64,000 nucleotides of DNA from Hormiphora californensis (GCA_020137815.1 CM035353.1:7688001-7752000); one strand, 5' to 3'. Shown: positions 23,360 through 34,733, counted from the stretch's first letter. A program made the numbers and translations. Notes: generated by a model from the letters alone, not told the origin.

Positions 23360-24232
23360 ATGGGGTGCTGTTGCTCTAAGAAGGGCCACAGAAAGGATTC
23401 GGATGTTGATTTAGAGCATGTCTCACAACCACCAGCACCACTACCAGTGCCTAAACGGAGGGCTCCTTCACCCCCACAGAAACGAAAAGAGACATTTCGT
23501 AAACCGGATAACATCAATGTAAACAAGGGAGGGATTAAATTCCACAATGTATCTGGGAGATTAACTCCCGAGCAAAAAAGGATTAAGGATGTCTTAATGA
23601 TGTATGGTTATCCTACAAGGAAAGATCTGTACCTTTATGAAGGACACATTTTAGCCTACAGTGAGTTCCATAAATGCCCTCTATGGGTATGTGAGCGTGT
23701 TACAGCGGAGCAGCTCCGTCCAGAGCGGAGGGTTGTTAAACAGCGTTATATCGCTCCTGACCTAGACTACCCTGGATTTAGTAAGGGACATATGGCAGCT
23801 GCAGGAAATCATAAGCACTGCCAGCAGGCGCGTTATGACACTTTTGAAATGACCAACTTCTGCCCTCAAGTACAGGATCAAAATGAAAGGATTTGGAATG
23901 ATTTGGAGAAACATGCTCGTGAAATAGCTACTAAACGGGGATTCTGCCATATCTTAACTGGTCCTGTGTTTCCAAAGATTCCTGAGAGGATTGGTATTGA
24001 TAACACGTCAGTACCTTCTCACTTCTTCAAGGTTCTCTGTTGGGATATACATGAGGGGTACATGCAGATTGAGTCGTACCTCATTGCGAACAGGGAAGGT
24101 ATCAGTCGAGGGTTATCACCTCATGTTGTAAGGAGAGTTGATATTGAGGATAAAGTAGGGTTCCCTGTGTTTGAGGCACTGAGACCAGAGTGTCACCATT
24201 GCAAACGGTACCCGTGTAAATGTGGGATGTGA
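23360..24232 (+). CDS. Endonuclease G-like nuclease 2 with MGCCCS N-terminus and SKGH active-site variant
   Basis: Start placed at ATG 23360, after acceptor tttacag (23342); YGYP, PLWVCE, SKGHMAAAGNH, TNFCPQ, WNDLE, LTGP, VPSHFFK; Cys-rich C-terminus. Confidence 0.85.
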   Translation: MGCCCSKKGHRKDSDVDLEHVSQPPAPLPVPKRRAPSPPQKRKETFRKPDNINVNKGGIKFHNVSGRLTPEQKRIKDVLMMYGYPTRKDLYLYEGHILAYSEFHKCPLWVCERVTAEQLRPERRVVKQRYIAPDLDYPGFSKGHMAAAGNHKHCQQARYDTFEMTNFCPQVQDQNERIWNDLEKHAREIATKRGFCHILTGPVFPKIPERIGIDNTSVPSHFFKVLCWDIHEGYMQIESYLIANREGISRGLSPHVVRRVDIEDKVGFPVFEALRPECHHCKRYPCKCGM

Positions 24233-24696
24233 GATTGAAAATATGAAAATATTAACCTAACTATTATAGTTATTAGTTAGGTTAATATATTTTGTTTTAT
24301 ATCAATTAACTATTCAATTATATGTAATTATTCCGCTTTTAATGTCACAGTTTTTGGTTTTAAAGTTCTTTCGAGTGTTTCTGAATCAGAGTGTGGAGGA
24401 CTAGGTTCTGTGTAGTTAGGATCTTCTAGGTTTTACTGCTAGACAGAAGTTCGTATGTGTGTGTTTCTAACTGTTTCTAACTGTTTTTTAAACAATTTTC
24501 TATAATTAACTAATCTAACCTTAATTTATTATCTCCGGCCATTATCTAAGCATAGCTTTTTATTCTATTATTCCAAGACGACCGCTTTAGTCGCGGTGGA
24601 GAGATGTTCATACAACACTAGCCATTAGGTTCTTTAGTTGTTTCCTCCATTTATAACGCATAAAAGCGGTATATCAAATGTATATATTATTATTAG

Positions 24697-27600
24697 TAAT
24701 AATAATAATAACTATGTTTGTATTCCGCCCATATCCGACAGGGACAGAGCAGTAGAACTGTTTCTGTCACTGAAGGATGATCTGAACGGTTAACATACTT
24801 GAATAAACCTGCCGACTAATCCTTAATATTGCACAAAAAATGGTAAAGAAAAAAACAACGGCCCACATAACTATCGGTAACTGAAAACATAACAGACTGA
24901 GATAGAGTCCTGAAACTCTAAAAAGATGGTTTAAAAGTCCAATAGATAGAAAACACTCGTGCTATGAAAAAACCCAAAACGTGCTTCACACTTCTGCTCG
25001 CCACGAGCCAAAATACAGAAAAAATAAAACAGGTACCAGCTAGAGCACAAACCTCAGTAAGATGGAGAGAACACTCCTAGGACAATCAGGATTCACCGAA
25101 AGCCTCAATGAAGAGACTAGTCTTTAGCTTAGACTTGAAAGAGTCCACAGAGTCAATTGCTCTCAGATCAATGGAAAGCTTATTCCAGATTTCAGGCAGA
25201 TAAACCGACGGACGTCTCCTCCTCAACTTAGAAGTTGCATTCACACTGGATAGCTTAGGATACCTCAGCTTGAGGCCATCAGGCTGAGCGTTTCCTCTGG
25301 TAGTCCGGATCACATGTAGTCCATCATCCACAGGGACCTGTTCCTGCAGGTACACTGGAGCCAAGCCATGTACAATCTTGTACGCCATTAAGCAAACCTT
25401 GAACTTAACTCGCTGTTCAATCGGGAGGACGTGCATTTCACTCAAGTAGGGCATGTAACTGTCCTGGTGACCATACAGGCCATACACAAATCTGACACAT
25501 GAGTTCAGAACTCGCTGCAAGCTATCCAGGAGCTTCTTTGGTAAGCCAGAATAAAGGACATTACAGTAGTCAAGTCTCGAAACGATGAGTTGCTTCACCA
25601 GAAGCATCTTGGTCGATTTATCCAAACATCGGTTAACCTGCCACAAATTCTTGAGAAGCATTCCACATTGCTTCTTAACACTGTTGATCTGCCTTTCCAT
25701 CGAAATGTTACTGTCAAGGAATACACCCAGGGTCTTCCCTGCAGATCCAGTAAATTCCATAGGGCTGATTTCCACTCCTCCAAAGCTTACTGTGGGCTGG
25801 AAGACCATCTTATCCAGAGCACTGCTCTTACCTAACAGTAAAAACTCTGTCTTTGCCTCATTACACTTAAGCCAGTGATCACTCATCCACAGTTTCACAC
25901 TTGATAGACACTCCTCAATCCTCTCCTTCGCTGCATTCCAACCATCCTCGTCAGTAGGCACAAGACTGATGTACAGTTGAGAGTCATCAGCGTATAGCTT
26001 AATCCTCAGACCAAAGGGTCTAACCAAGTCCTGGAGCTCCTCGACATACAACAAGAACAATACCGGCCCAAGCAGTGACCCCTGTGGAACTCCACATATC
26101 AGCGTGATGATCCTCGAAAGCTCCCCCTCCACATTAACTCGGTAATTCCTACACTGTAGATAGCTGGCAAACCAATCCAGCACAGAGCCTTTCACTCCAA
26201 AACGTCCTTCCAGAGTCTCTAGCAGCTTCCCATGGTCCACTGTATCAAAGGCGGCACTCATGTCTAAAAGAAAGAGGCCAGTGACCTTTCCTTCATCAAG
26301 GTCTCGTAGTAAATCATCAAACATACCCATCAGGAGTGTTTCACAACTATGTCCCACCCGATAACCCGATTGATGTTTGTTCAGTAACTCATTCTCATTG
26401 AGGTATGAGTTCAGCTGCTCTAGGACAACCTTTTCCAGTAATTTGGAGATAAACGGTAGGTTGGAGACTGGACGGTAGTTGGATAAGGAGTCTTTGTCCC
26501 CATGGGGGTTCTTAATCGTAGGAAAAACCAATGCTTGTTGAAGAATATCAGGAACGCTGGAACACTGGAGTGATAGGTTTACAAACTTGCACAAAGCGGT
26601 GGCTAGCTCATCAATGCAACCTTTCACCAACCACGTAGGTATGAGATCAAGATCACAGGTCTTGTCAGGCATATCTTTGATAATCCTCATTAGTTTCTCT
26701 GGGGAAACTTCCTCAAACTTTTCAAAACAACAGACAGGGGTCTGATGTAAAACATTCCTCGTTGTTCTCTGGTTCTGCTCCTCTAACACAGTAGTTCGGA
26801 TCCTCTCAACTTTTCCAACAAAGAAGTCACCAAAATCATCCGCTAGCTTCCTCTTATCACTTGTTTCTGGTAGAAAGGTTTCATTGTTTCCAAGAAGGCG
26901 GCTGAGCTTCCTCTGAAGTGCTTTTGGGTCATCCCTTGATTCCTCTAGATCATCTTTCACATACTTCATTCTCGCCTCTTTATCCACACGTCCAAACTGT
27001 CTCTTGAGGTCATTGAATTGCTTCTTCGTTATACTAGTTCTGTTGCTTTCCCAAGCCCTCTCGGCTTTCCTTCGTAGTCGAAGAACCTCACGCACCTCTG
27101 GATTATCTCTCCATGGCTTTATCTTCGCCCCTTTCTTCTTCTTCCTCTTCAGTGGGACAGTCCTCTCCACAAGATCCTCGATTATCCTCGAATAAGCAGT
27201 CAAAGCATCCTCAGCAGATTTAGACTCCATCACCGCACTCCAATCCACATCTCCAAAAGCTCGCCTGAACAGTTCCAGGTCAACTGCCCTAAAATCCCTG
27301 TATGTGTCAATCTGTTCACGGGTTTTGTATTCACTTCTAGTAGTCTCGATTAACAGATCAGCTAAAACCATAAAGTGATCCGAAGTTGTCCCTTCTGGAA
27401 ATATTGTCACTGATTGAACTTTGGAAACTCTGTCTTTTTGGCACAGCAAGAGATCAAGAGTACCTCCTCGAACATGGGTGGGTTGCATTGGAACTAATTG
27501 ATCAAACCCCAGAGAGTCAAGCAGTGCAAGTAATTTCTTGGCATAGAAGTTCTGGGTGTCATGGACCTGGAAGTTAAAATCACCCATCAGAACGGGATAT

Positions 27601-27775
27601 CCAGTTTTGCAGACTAGCTCGGACAGATAGTCATTAAACTCATCCAGGAACTGTGCTTCCGTATATCTTGCCTTGCCCGTGTAAGGAGGCCTATAGATAT
27701 TGCACAACCTTGTAAGATCCTGCCCAATACCGATAAGGGCTTCCTGGACCTGGAATGATTTAAACTTAGTCTTTA
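24697..27775 (-). mobile_element. L2/Jockey-group LINE with partial AP endonuclease and RT (ORF 25086..27707)
   Basis: IYRPP, MGDFN, PTH..GGTLDL, SDHF (endonuclease); NYRPVSNLPFISKLLEKVV, QSGYR, LDMSAAFDTVDH, GVPQGSLLGP, YADDSQLY, LDYCN; (TTA)n tail near 24697-24712; 5'-truncated. Confidence 0.92.
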
Positions 27776-27838
27776 CTGGTGTGTAGTCTTTACTGGTGTG
27801 TAGTCTTTACTGGTGTGTAGTCTTTACTGGTGTGTAGT
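27767..27838. repeat. 17-bp tandem repeat (tagtctttactggtgtg) x4 at the LINE 5' junction
   Basis: Four direct copies. Confidence 0.85.
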
Positions 27839-28047
27839 ATACTATTATATATTTTTACAATCGTGTGTTGAATGTTTATTATGCTATGATGTACAGTATA
27901 TTATTTCAGTTGTACTAGTATAAGTTTGTATTCTAAAAATATAATGCAGTGTTTGATTACCCCGGTCCCTGGTAACTACCCTCTACAGAGCCCATGCTGT
28001 GGAACATCTTGTTACCATAGTAACCTCCCCCCAGGTATAATGGTGAG

Positions 28048-29259
28048 ATGGGGTGCTGTTATTCCAAGGAACGAATTGCCCCAGCACCTCTTGCTACTAT
28101 ACCTCTCCAACCTCTAACATCTCTCAAACCTACCTCTACTACCTTTGCTACACCTCTCCAACCTCTAACATCTCTCAAACCTACCTCTGCTACATCTACT
28201 GATGGCACCGCAACTAACCCTTCACTGGCGGGGACCAGTGGAACCCCTCAATACACACCAGACACCCCTGTCTGTCCTACTGAACATCCTCTTCAGCCAA
28301 CTACAGAATTAGCTGAGAATTATGGGAATAAATCTAACATCCCACCTTTCAAGACACCACCATCAACCAAACTAAACAAGATACAGCCACTCTCGAAACT
28401 ATCCCAAACTAACACCCAACTCTCTAAACACGTCCAAACCAACATTCTTCTAACACTCTACAAGAGCACCCAAACTAACAACCTACCCCGGCAACCCCAT
28501 CCTCCAAAGAAGATTTCAGAAGTGAGGATGTTTGTAAACCTTGCTAACCCTTCCAATAAAGAGTTACAAAAAAGGAGTCAGATAATGAGATATGGGTATC
28601 CCACAACAAACAACCTTTTCCAGTATGAAGGTCACATCCTAGCTTACAGCAACTTCTTCAAGTGTCCCCTGTGGGTGTGTGAGAGGATTACTAAGGCGAA
28701 CCTGGGTAATAAGAGAGTTGACAGAAAGACACACAGTAACAGGAATAGTTTTGTAGAAGTCGATGAGTTGGAGGATTTCTCATCTGACAACTCTGATTTC
28801 TCAGAGTCAGGGTTCGATAGAGGTCACATGGCGGCTGCAGGAAACCATCAACACTCCATGAGATCTTATAGTGATACATTCAAACTAACTAACGTGTGTC
28901 CCCAGTCACCAGACCTTAATAGGAGACTTTGGAATGAGTTAGAGGGTCAGATAAGGAGCATTGTTTGGGATTACGATGTTGTCCATGTTCTAACAGGACC
29001 TTTGTTTGCTGCGGTTAATGATAAGAAGGCTAACTTGGTAGTAAGGAGGATTGGACAGAACAGGGTCTCTGTACCAACACACTTCTTTAAGGTGTACTGC
29101 TGGAATCAGAATGGAGGGATGAGACTAGATTCTTATATAATGCCCAATAGATGCGGGCTGAAGGGGACCCTTAGTAATTATATAGTACACTTTAGTGAAG
29201 TGGAGAGAAAGGCTGGGTTTAGAGTTTTTAGTTTGCTAAATCGTAAAAACACCAGCTAA
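28048..29259 (+). CDS. Endonuclease G-like nuclease 3 with MGCCYS N-terminus and long Thr/Pro/Ser linker
   Basis: Intronless 403-aa ORF; DRGHMAAAGNH, TNVCPQ, WNELE, LTGPLF, VPTHFFK. Confidence 0.9.
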   Translation: MGCCYSKERIAPAPLATIPLQPLTSLKPTSTTFATPLQPLTSLKPTSATSTDGTATNPSLAGTSGTPQYTPDTPVCPTEHPLQPTTELAENYGNKSNIPPFKTPPSTKLNKIQPLSKLSQTNTQLSKHVQTNILLTLYKSTQTNNLPRQPHPPKKISEVRMFVNLANPSNKELQKRSQIMRYGYPTTNNLFQYEGHILAYSNFFKCPLWVCERITKANLGNKRVDRKTHSNRNSFVEVDELEDFSSDNSDFSESGFDRGHMAAAGNHQHSMRSYSDTFKLTNVCPQSPDLNRRLWNELEGQIRSIVWDYDVVHVLTGPLFAAVNDKKANLVVRRIGQNRVSVPTHFFKVYCWNQNGGMRLDSYIMPNRCGLKGTLSNYIVHFSEVERKAGFRVFSLLNRKNTS

Positions 29260-29574
29260 TTTCAGATTTAAACCGCTTTATATTCTTTTACATGTTGTAC
29301 ATAATTAGATAACCAGAGATATAAATCAGATAATTTATTGAACGGGTAGTATCCATTGTACAGAGTGTGATAATGTATATTTTGAAGCAGCTATTGAAAT
29401 CAACATGTGTAAATAACAAACCTAATTGATTGTTTATCTTTTGTACATATATATCTTTATTCTTCATACAAATTAAAAACAACGGAAGTTTTTAAGGTCT
29501 TTATTCTTCTGCATGTTGTACAGTTTATTATAGACTTGTTAGAACTGTGTGTTATCCCCATTTGTTATATCCCT

Positions 29575-29999
29575 GTAATCCCACTCCCTCTCTCCCAGCC
29601 CTAATCCCACTCCCTCTCTCCCAGTCCCTAATCCCAGCCTCTAATCCCACTCCCTCTCTCCCAGCCCCTAATCCCACTCCCTCTCTCCCAGCCCCTAATC
29701 CCACTCCCTCTCTCCCAGCCCCTAATCCCACTCCCTCTCTCCCAGCCCCTAATCCCACTCCCTCTCTCCCAGCCCCTAATCCCACTCCCTCTCTCCCAGC
29801 CCCTAATCCCACTCCCTCTCTCCCACCCCCTAATCCCACTCCCTCTCTACCACCCTCTAATCCCACTCCCTCTCTCTCTCCCACCCCCTAATCCCACTCC
29901 CTCTCTCCCATCCCCTAATCCCACTCCCTCTCTCTCCCATCCCCTAATCCCACTCCCCCTCTCTCCCACCCCCTAATCCCACTCTCTCCCAGCCCCCAG
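29575..29999. repeat. 27-bp minisatellite (cccctaatcccactccctctctcccag)n
   Basis: About 15 copies ending 9 nt before the ATG of nuclease 4; unit is CTAAT + pyrimidine tract + CAG. Confidence 0.9.
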
Positions 30000-30008
30000 T
30001 ATGTTACA

Positions 30009-30806
30009 ATGGGTTGCTGCTACTCCTCTCAACTACCCTCTACAGGTGACCTGGAACACAATGCAATACACGTGAAAATACAGGGTAGTAAAAGACAAGT
30101 TACAATTCAACTTATAGAACAGAGATACCAGATAATGAGATATGGGTATCCCACAACAGACAACCTTTTCCAGTATGAAGGTCACATCCTAGCTTACAGC
30201 AACTTCTTCAAGTGCCCCCTGTGGGTGTGCGAGAGGGTCACCAAGGCTAACCTCCGTAACAAGCGTGTTGACAGGACTGATAAGGAAGACAAGTTTGAGA
30301 GAGTGTGTCTGCTACCTAACTACTTCTCATCAGACAACCCCGACTATAGAGGGTATGATAGGGGTCACATGGCAGCTGCAGGCAACCATCAACACTCCCC
30401 TACCTCCCATGCTGACACCTTCCAGCTCAACAACATCTGTCCCCAGAGTGGGGAACTTAACAGGGGGCTGTGGAACGATCTAGAGAAGTATGCTAGGGAT
30501 GTGGCCTGGCAGAGAGGGGAGTGCCACATCCTGACTGGACCTCTCTTTCTCGCTCCTGAGGCTGGGTATTTTAGGACTGAGAAGAGTGAAGACAAGCTAG
30601 TTATACGGAGAATAGGGAACAGTGGTGTTGCACTACCATCTCACTTCTTTAAAGTTATCCTGCCTCCTATTGGGAAGGCACAGTGTTACATCCTACCCAA
30701 TAGAGATGGGTTGAAAGGCTCTATAGAGCAGTTCCAGGTACCGTTACAGGAGGTGGAGAAGAAGGCAGCGTTCAGGGTGTTCCACAGACGGGAGGGCCGT
30801 GTGTAG
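30009..30806 (+). CDS. Endonuclease G-like nuclease 4 with MGCCYS N-terminus
   Basis: Intronless 265-aa ORF; DRGHMAAAGNH, NNICPQ, WNDLE, LTGPLF, LPSHFFK. Confidence 0.9.
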   Translation: MGCCYSSQLPSTGDLEHNAIHVKIQGSKRQVTIQLIEQRYQIMRYGYPTTDNLFQYEGHILAYSNFFKCPLWVCERVTKANLRNKRVDRTDKEDKFERVCLLPNYFSSDNPDYRGYDRGHMAAAGNHQHSPTSHADTFQLNNICPQSGELNRGLWNDLEKYARDVAWQRGECHILTGPLFLAPEAGYFRTEKSEDKLVIRRIGNSGVALPSHFFKVILPPIGKAQCYILPNRDGLKGSIEQFQVPLQEVEKKAAFRVFHRREGRV

Positions 30807-30841
30807 TCAATAACGGGGGGTATACTGTGTATATACTAACT

Positions 30842-30948
30842 AGGAATCGACCGAATCAGGAAATACTGGTCCCTGATTGGCTGATAACCAGTCACGTGAC
30901 CTAAATAACGAGTTCTGATTGGTTGTTTACTTAATCCAGTCGGTTCCT
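30842..30948. mobile_element. CAGGAACC MITE copy, opposite orientation to 1496-1604
   Basis: Reverse-complement similarity to 1496-1604. Confidence 0.8.
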
Positions 30949-31256
30949 GGTATACAATGTATATACTAACTATCTTAACCACTATAATGTTGACTTAACC
31001 ACTATAATGTTGTTGACTTAACCACTATGCTGTCAACTAAGTTGACTAGTGTGTATTATGAATGTATTATGAATGAGATACTTCACAGATATAATGTTTT
31101 TATACTAGGTATTGATTTGGGCATGACTATTTTTATATCGCTAATGGATTGTAAATGTTAACCTTTCTTTTATTGAAACTAACTGCAATAGTTATCTCTC
31201 TCTACCCTCTCTACTCTTTCCCTTGTAACAATAACCCCGTGTCTCCCTGATATAGG

Positions 31257-32246
31257 ATGATGTTTCAAGGAATGTTAAGAAAGGCGAAACGAGCTCTAGC
31301 AGCAGCAACTGCTGGAATAGTGGCCCACTCTATAATATATGACACCCCAGCTCCAGATCTCTCCACCTCTATCCTCCCATCTCCCTCCACATCTCCATCC
31401 ACTCTAGCACATCTGCTCAATGCCATCCATATATCTGCCCAGGCTAAGTCAGCACCATCCCCATCTGAAAATGTTGTCCCTAGCCTAGAACACAGACTCT
31501 GGAAACGTAACGAAGTTATGAAGTTTGGGTACCCCACCCTGGACAACGTTACTCAGTATGAAGATCACGTTCTGGCCTACTCTAACTTCCATCGCTCCCC
31601 CCTGTGGGTCTGTGAGCATCTGACAGAGCACAATATCAACATCAACGCAGATAGTTCGGGGGATAGGAGCAACTCTAAATTCACAACCGTCCCCACCGTT
31701 CACCCCTTCTTTGCAGCAACTAACAAGGATTATTTAAACAGTGGGTTTGATCGGGGCCACATGGCGGCTGCAGCTAACCACCGATACAGCCAGGCCGCCA
31801 TGAATGATACCTTCTATCTGGACAACATATGTCCCCAGACCGGGAAGGGACTAAACAGATCCAAATGGAATGATCTTGAGAAGAGAGCACGGGCACTAGC
31901 CAGGAAACACGGGTCTGTTCACGTGTTAACGGGGCCGTTATATCTACCTACTGTAACTAACGGGGAGAAGTTCATTAAGATGCAGCTGATAGGAAACAAC
32001 AATATAACTGTACCTACCCACTTCTTTAAAGTATTGCTAGTGACTGAGAGGGGTGGTAATGGTTACCAGATGGAGTGTTATGTGATGCCTAATGAGCCGA
32101 TACGAGATGACCTCCCTATAACCTCATTCCTGGTACCCAAGACTGCTATTGAGAAAGGTGCTGGGTTCTTTGTCTTCGAGTTTGTGGCTGACAGTCAGCT
32201 AAGGAAGATTAATGGTATTGATAACCCAGACTTTATAGGTCGGTAA
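31257..32246 (+). CDS. ENDOG: Canonical mitochondrial endonuclease G
   Basis: Basic amphipathic N-terminus with no acidic residues (MMFQGMLRKAKRALAAATAGIVA); MKFGYP, SGFDRGHMAAAANH, TFYLDNICPQ.G.GLNR..WNDLE, TGPLYLP, VPTHFFKV, YVMPN, IEKGAG, LRKING. Confidence 0.92.
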   Translation: MMFQGMLRKAKRALAAATAGIVAHSIIYDTPAPDLSTSILPSPSTSPSTLAHLLNAIHISAQAKSAPSPSENVVPSLEHRLWKRNEVMKFGYPTLDNVTQYEDHVLAYSNFHRSPLWVCEHLTEHNININADSSGDRSNSKFTTVPTVHPFFAATNKDYLNSGFDRGHMAAAANHRYSQAAMNDTFYLDNICPQTGKGLNRSKWNDLEKRARALARKHGSVHVLTGPLYLPTVTNGEKFIKMQLIGNNNITVPTHFFKVLLVTERGGNGYQMECYVMPNEPIRDDLPITSFLVPKTAIEKGAGFFVFEFVADSQLRKINGIDNPDFIGR

Positions 32247-32580
32247 GAATATATTGTGTTAAATATTATGTGTTCTAACATGTTAGATATAACTAGATTG
32301 ATTGTTCCAGGTTTCACATGCCACACTAGTGATTACAGGTGCAGCTTATCTTTCTTCAGGGTCTCGTATCATGCAATCTAGAGCACAGTCTTGTCTCATA
32401 GCCTTTCAGCTTGTTGGTCGTAGTAATTTATTAGCGCTTATAGTTTTACAAATTGTATCTGATTTTTATGTTTTTTAAGACATCTTTTAACAGCTGTTGT
32501 TAATCTGCGTATAATATCACACTGTGTGTGCTTGTCAGTGATAATGTGGAACTAATTACCCCGGCACTATTTAGTAACAG

Positions 32581-34733
32581 ATGACAATGGAGGTTGACCT
32601 AGACAGGGAATTAATGAATGGGTTCAAGACCATGAATACAACTGACAAGGACGTCCTAATCACTGAGTTCCTACGGGTACGTACAGCACCTATCTATAGT
32701 GTTATGTGTTTATAATGGACTCTTCCAGTGATATCCCTCCTTATATAGGATTGTATCTCCCTTCATACACCTCCCTTCCCTCCTCAGGTGCTTTGTATCT
32801 CCCTTCATACACCTCCCTTCCCACCTCAGGTGCTTTGTATCTCCCTTCATACACCTCCCTTCCCACCTCAGGTGCTTTGTATCTCCCTTCATACACCTCC
32901 CTTCCCACCTCAGGTGCTTTGTATCTCCCTTCATACACCTCCCTTCCCACCTCAGGTGCTTTGTATCTCCCTTCATACACCTCCCTTCCCACCTCAGGTG
33001 CTTTGTATCTCCCTTCATACACCTCCCTTCCCACCTCAGGTGCTTTGTATCTCCCTTCATACACCTCCCTTCCCACCTCAGGTGCTTTGTATCTCCCTTC
33101 ATACACCTCCCTTCCCACCTCAGGTGCTTTGTATCTCCCTTCATACACCTCCCTTCCCACCTCAGGTGCTTTGTATCTCCCTTCATACACCTCCCTTCCC
33201 TCCTCAGGTGCTTTGTATCTCCCTTCATACACCTCCCTTCCCACCTTATATAGGATTGTATCTCCCTTCATACACCTCCCTTCCCACCTCAGGTGCTTTG
33301 TATCTCCCTTCATACACCTCCCTTCCCACCTCAGGTGCTTTGTATCTCCCTTCATACACCTCCCTTCCCACCTCAGGTGCTTTGTATCTCCCTTCATACA
33401 CCTCCCTTCCCACCTCAGGTGCTTTGTATCTCCCTTCATACACCTCCCTTCCCACCTCAGGTGCTTTGTATCTCCCTTCATACACCTCCCTTCCCACCTC
33501 AGGTGCTTTGTATCTCCCTTCATACACCTCCCTTCCCACCTCAGGTGCTTTGTATCTCCCTTCATACATCTCCCTTCCCACCTCAGGTGCTTTGTATCTC
33601 CCTTCATACATCTCCCTTCCCACCTCAGGTGCTTTGTATCTCCCTTCATAAACCTCCCTTCCCACCTCAGGTGCTTTGTATCTCCCTTCATACATCTCCC
33701 TTCCCACCTCAGGTGCTTTGTATCTCCCTTCATACACCTCCCTTCCCACCTCAGGTGCTTTGTATCTCCCTTCATACACCTCCCTTCCCACCTTATGTAG
33801 GATTGTATCTCCCTTCATACATCTCCCTTCCCACCTCAGGTGCTTTGTATCTCCCTTCATACATCTCCCTTCCCACCTTATATAGGATTGTATCTCCCTT
33901 CATACACCTCCCTTCCCTCCTCAGGTGCTTTGTATCTCCCTTCATACACCTCCCTTCCCACCTCAGGTGCTTGGTATCTCCATACACCTCCCTCCCCACC
34001 TCAGGTGCTTGGTAGTCAGCCCAACGCAGCAGAGGGTGCGTTTTATTTGGATATGGCTAACTGGAATCTTCAGGAGGCAGTATCGGCATGGATGGACGTG
34101 CATCACCCCAGAAATAATCCACTGGCAATGCGATTCGTACAGGTGAGGGTGGGAGAATAGAGAGAAGAGGAGGATATCCCTTAGTGTGCTGTGAAATGTC
34201 CAATAACACTAATCATTCTACAGGATATCACTATTGGTGAAGGGGAGAGTGTGCCACCTAGTACAAGGTTTACCAAGACGTGGAGGATTAGGAATACTGG
34301 AGCAGAATCTTGGCCCCCAGGATGCACTCTTCGTTTCACCGATGGAGATCAACTCTCAAATCATACGGAGGTTAGTTAGCCCCACGTGATGCCCAAATAT
34401 GGCGGTTAGTTAGTCCCACGTGATGCCCAAATATGGCCGTTAGTTAGCTCCAATTAATGATTAAATTCCACTGTTCAATTAATGATTAAATGATCTAGAA
34501 GATTGTTATCTCAACTTGCCCCAACTTATCGTTGATATTATCAGGGGCGTGGATATGTGAGTACCCTGGATTTTAACTTCCCTCTCCTAACCGCCACTTA
34601 GCAGGTGGACAGTAGGGACAGGTCAGTGCTGGACAGGAGATTGATATCAGTGTGGAGATGTGTTCACCCCCAGACCAAGGAATGTTTCCAGGGAAAATGG
34701 AGGATGTGCAATCCAGGGGGAAACTTTTTCGGA
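32581..34733 (+). CDS. ILRUN: ILRUN/C6orf106 (UBA-like + NBR1-like FW domain); 3' end unresolved
   Basis: Exons 32581-32676 (MEVDLDRELM...TTDKDVLITEF), 34005-34142 (AFYLDMANWNLQEA), 34224-34370 (DITIGEGESVPP.T.FTKTWRIRNTGAE.WPPG), about 34604-34733 (IDISVEMCSP...QGKWRMC, with apparent indels). Confidence 0.85.
32750..34004. repeat. 42-bp minisatellite filling ILRUN intron 1
   Basis: Unit gtgctttgtatctcccttcatacacctcccttcccacctcag, roughly 30 copies; source of many spurious ORFs. Confidence 0.95.

Noticed and set aside
24300-24695. Possible 3' end of a second L2 element on the + strand
   Set aside because: Only a suggestive terminal motif and (TTA)n; no coding remnant to support it.
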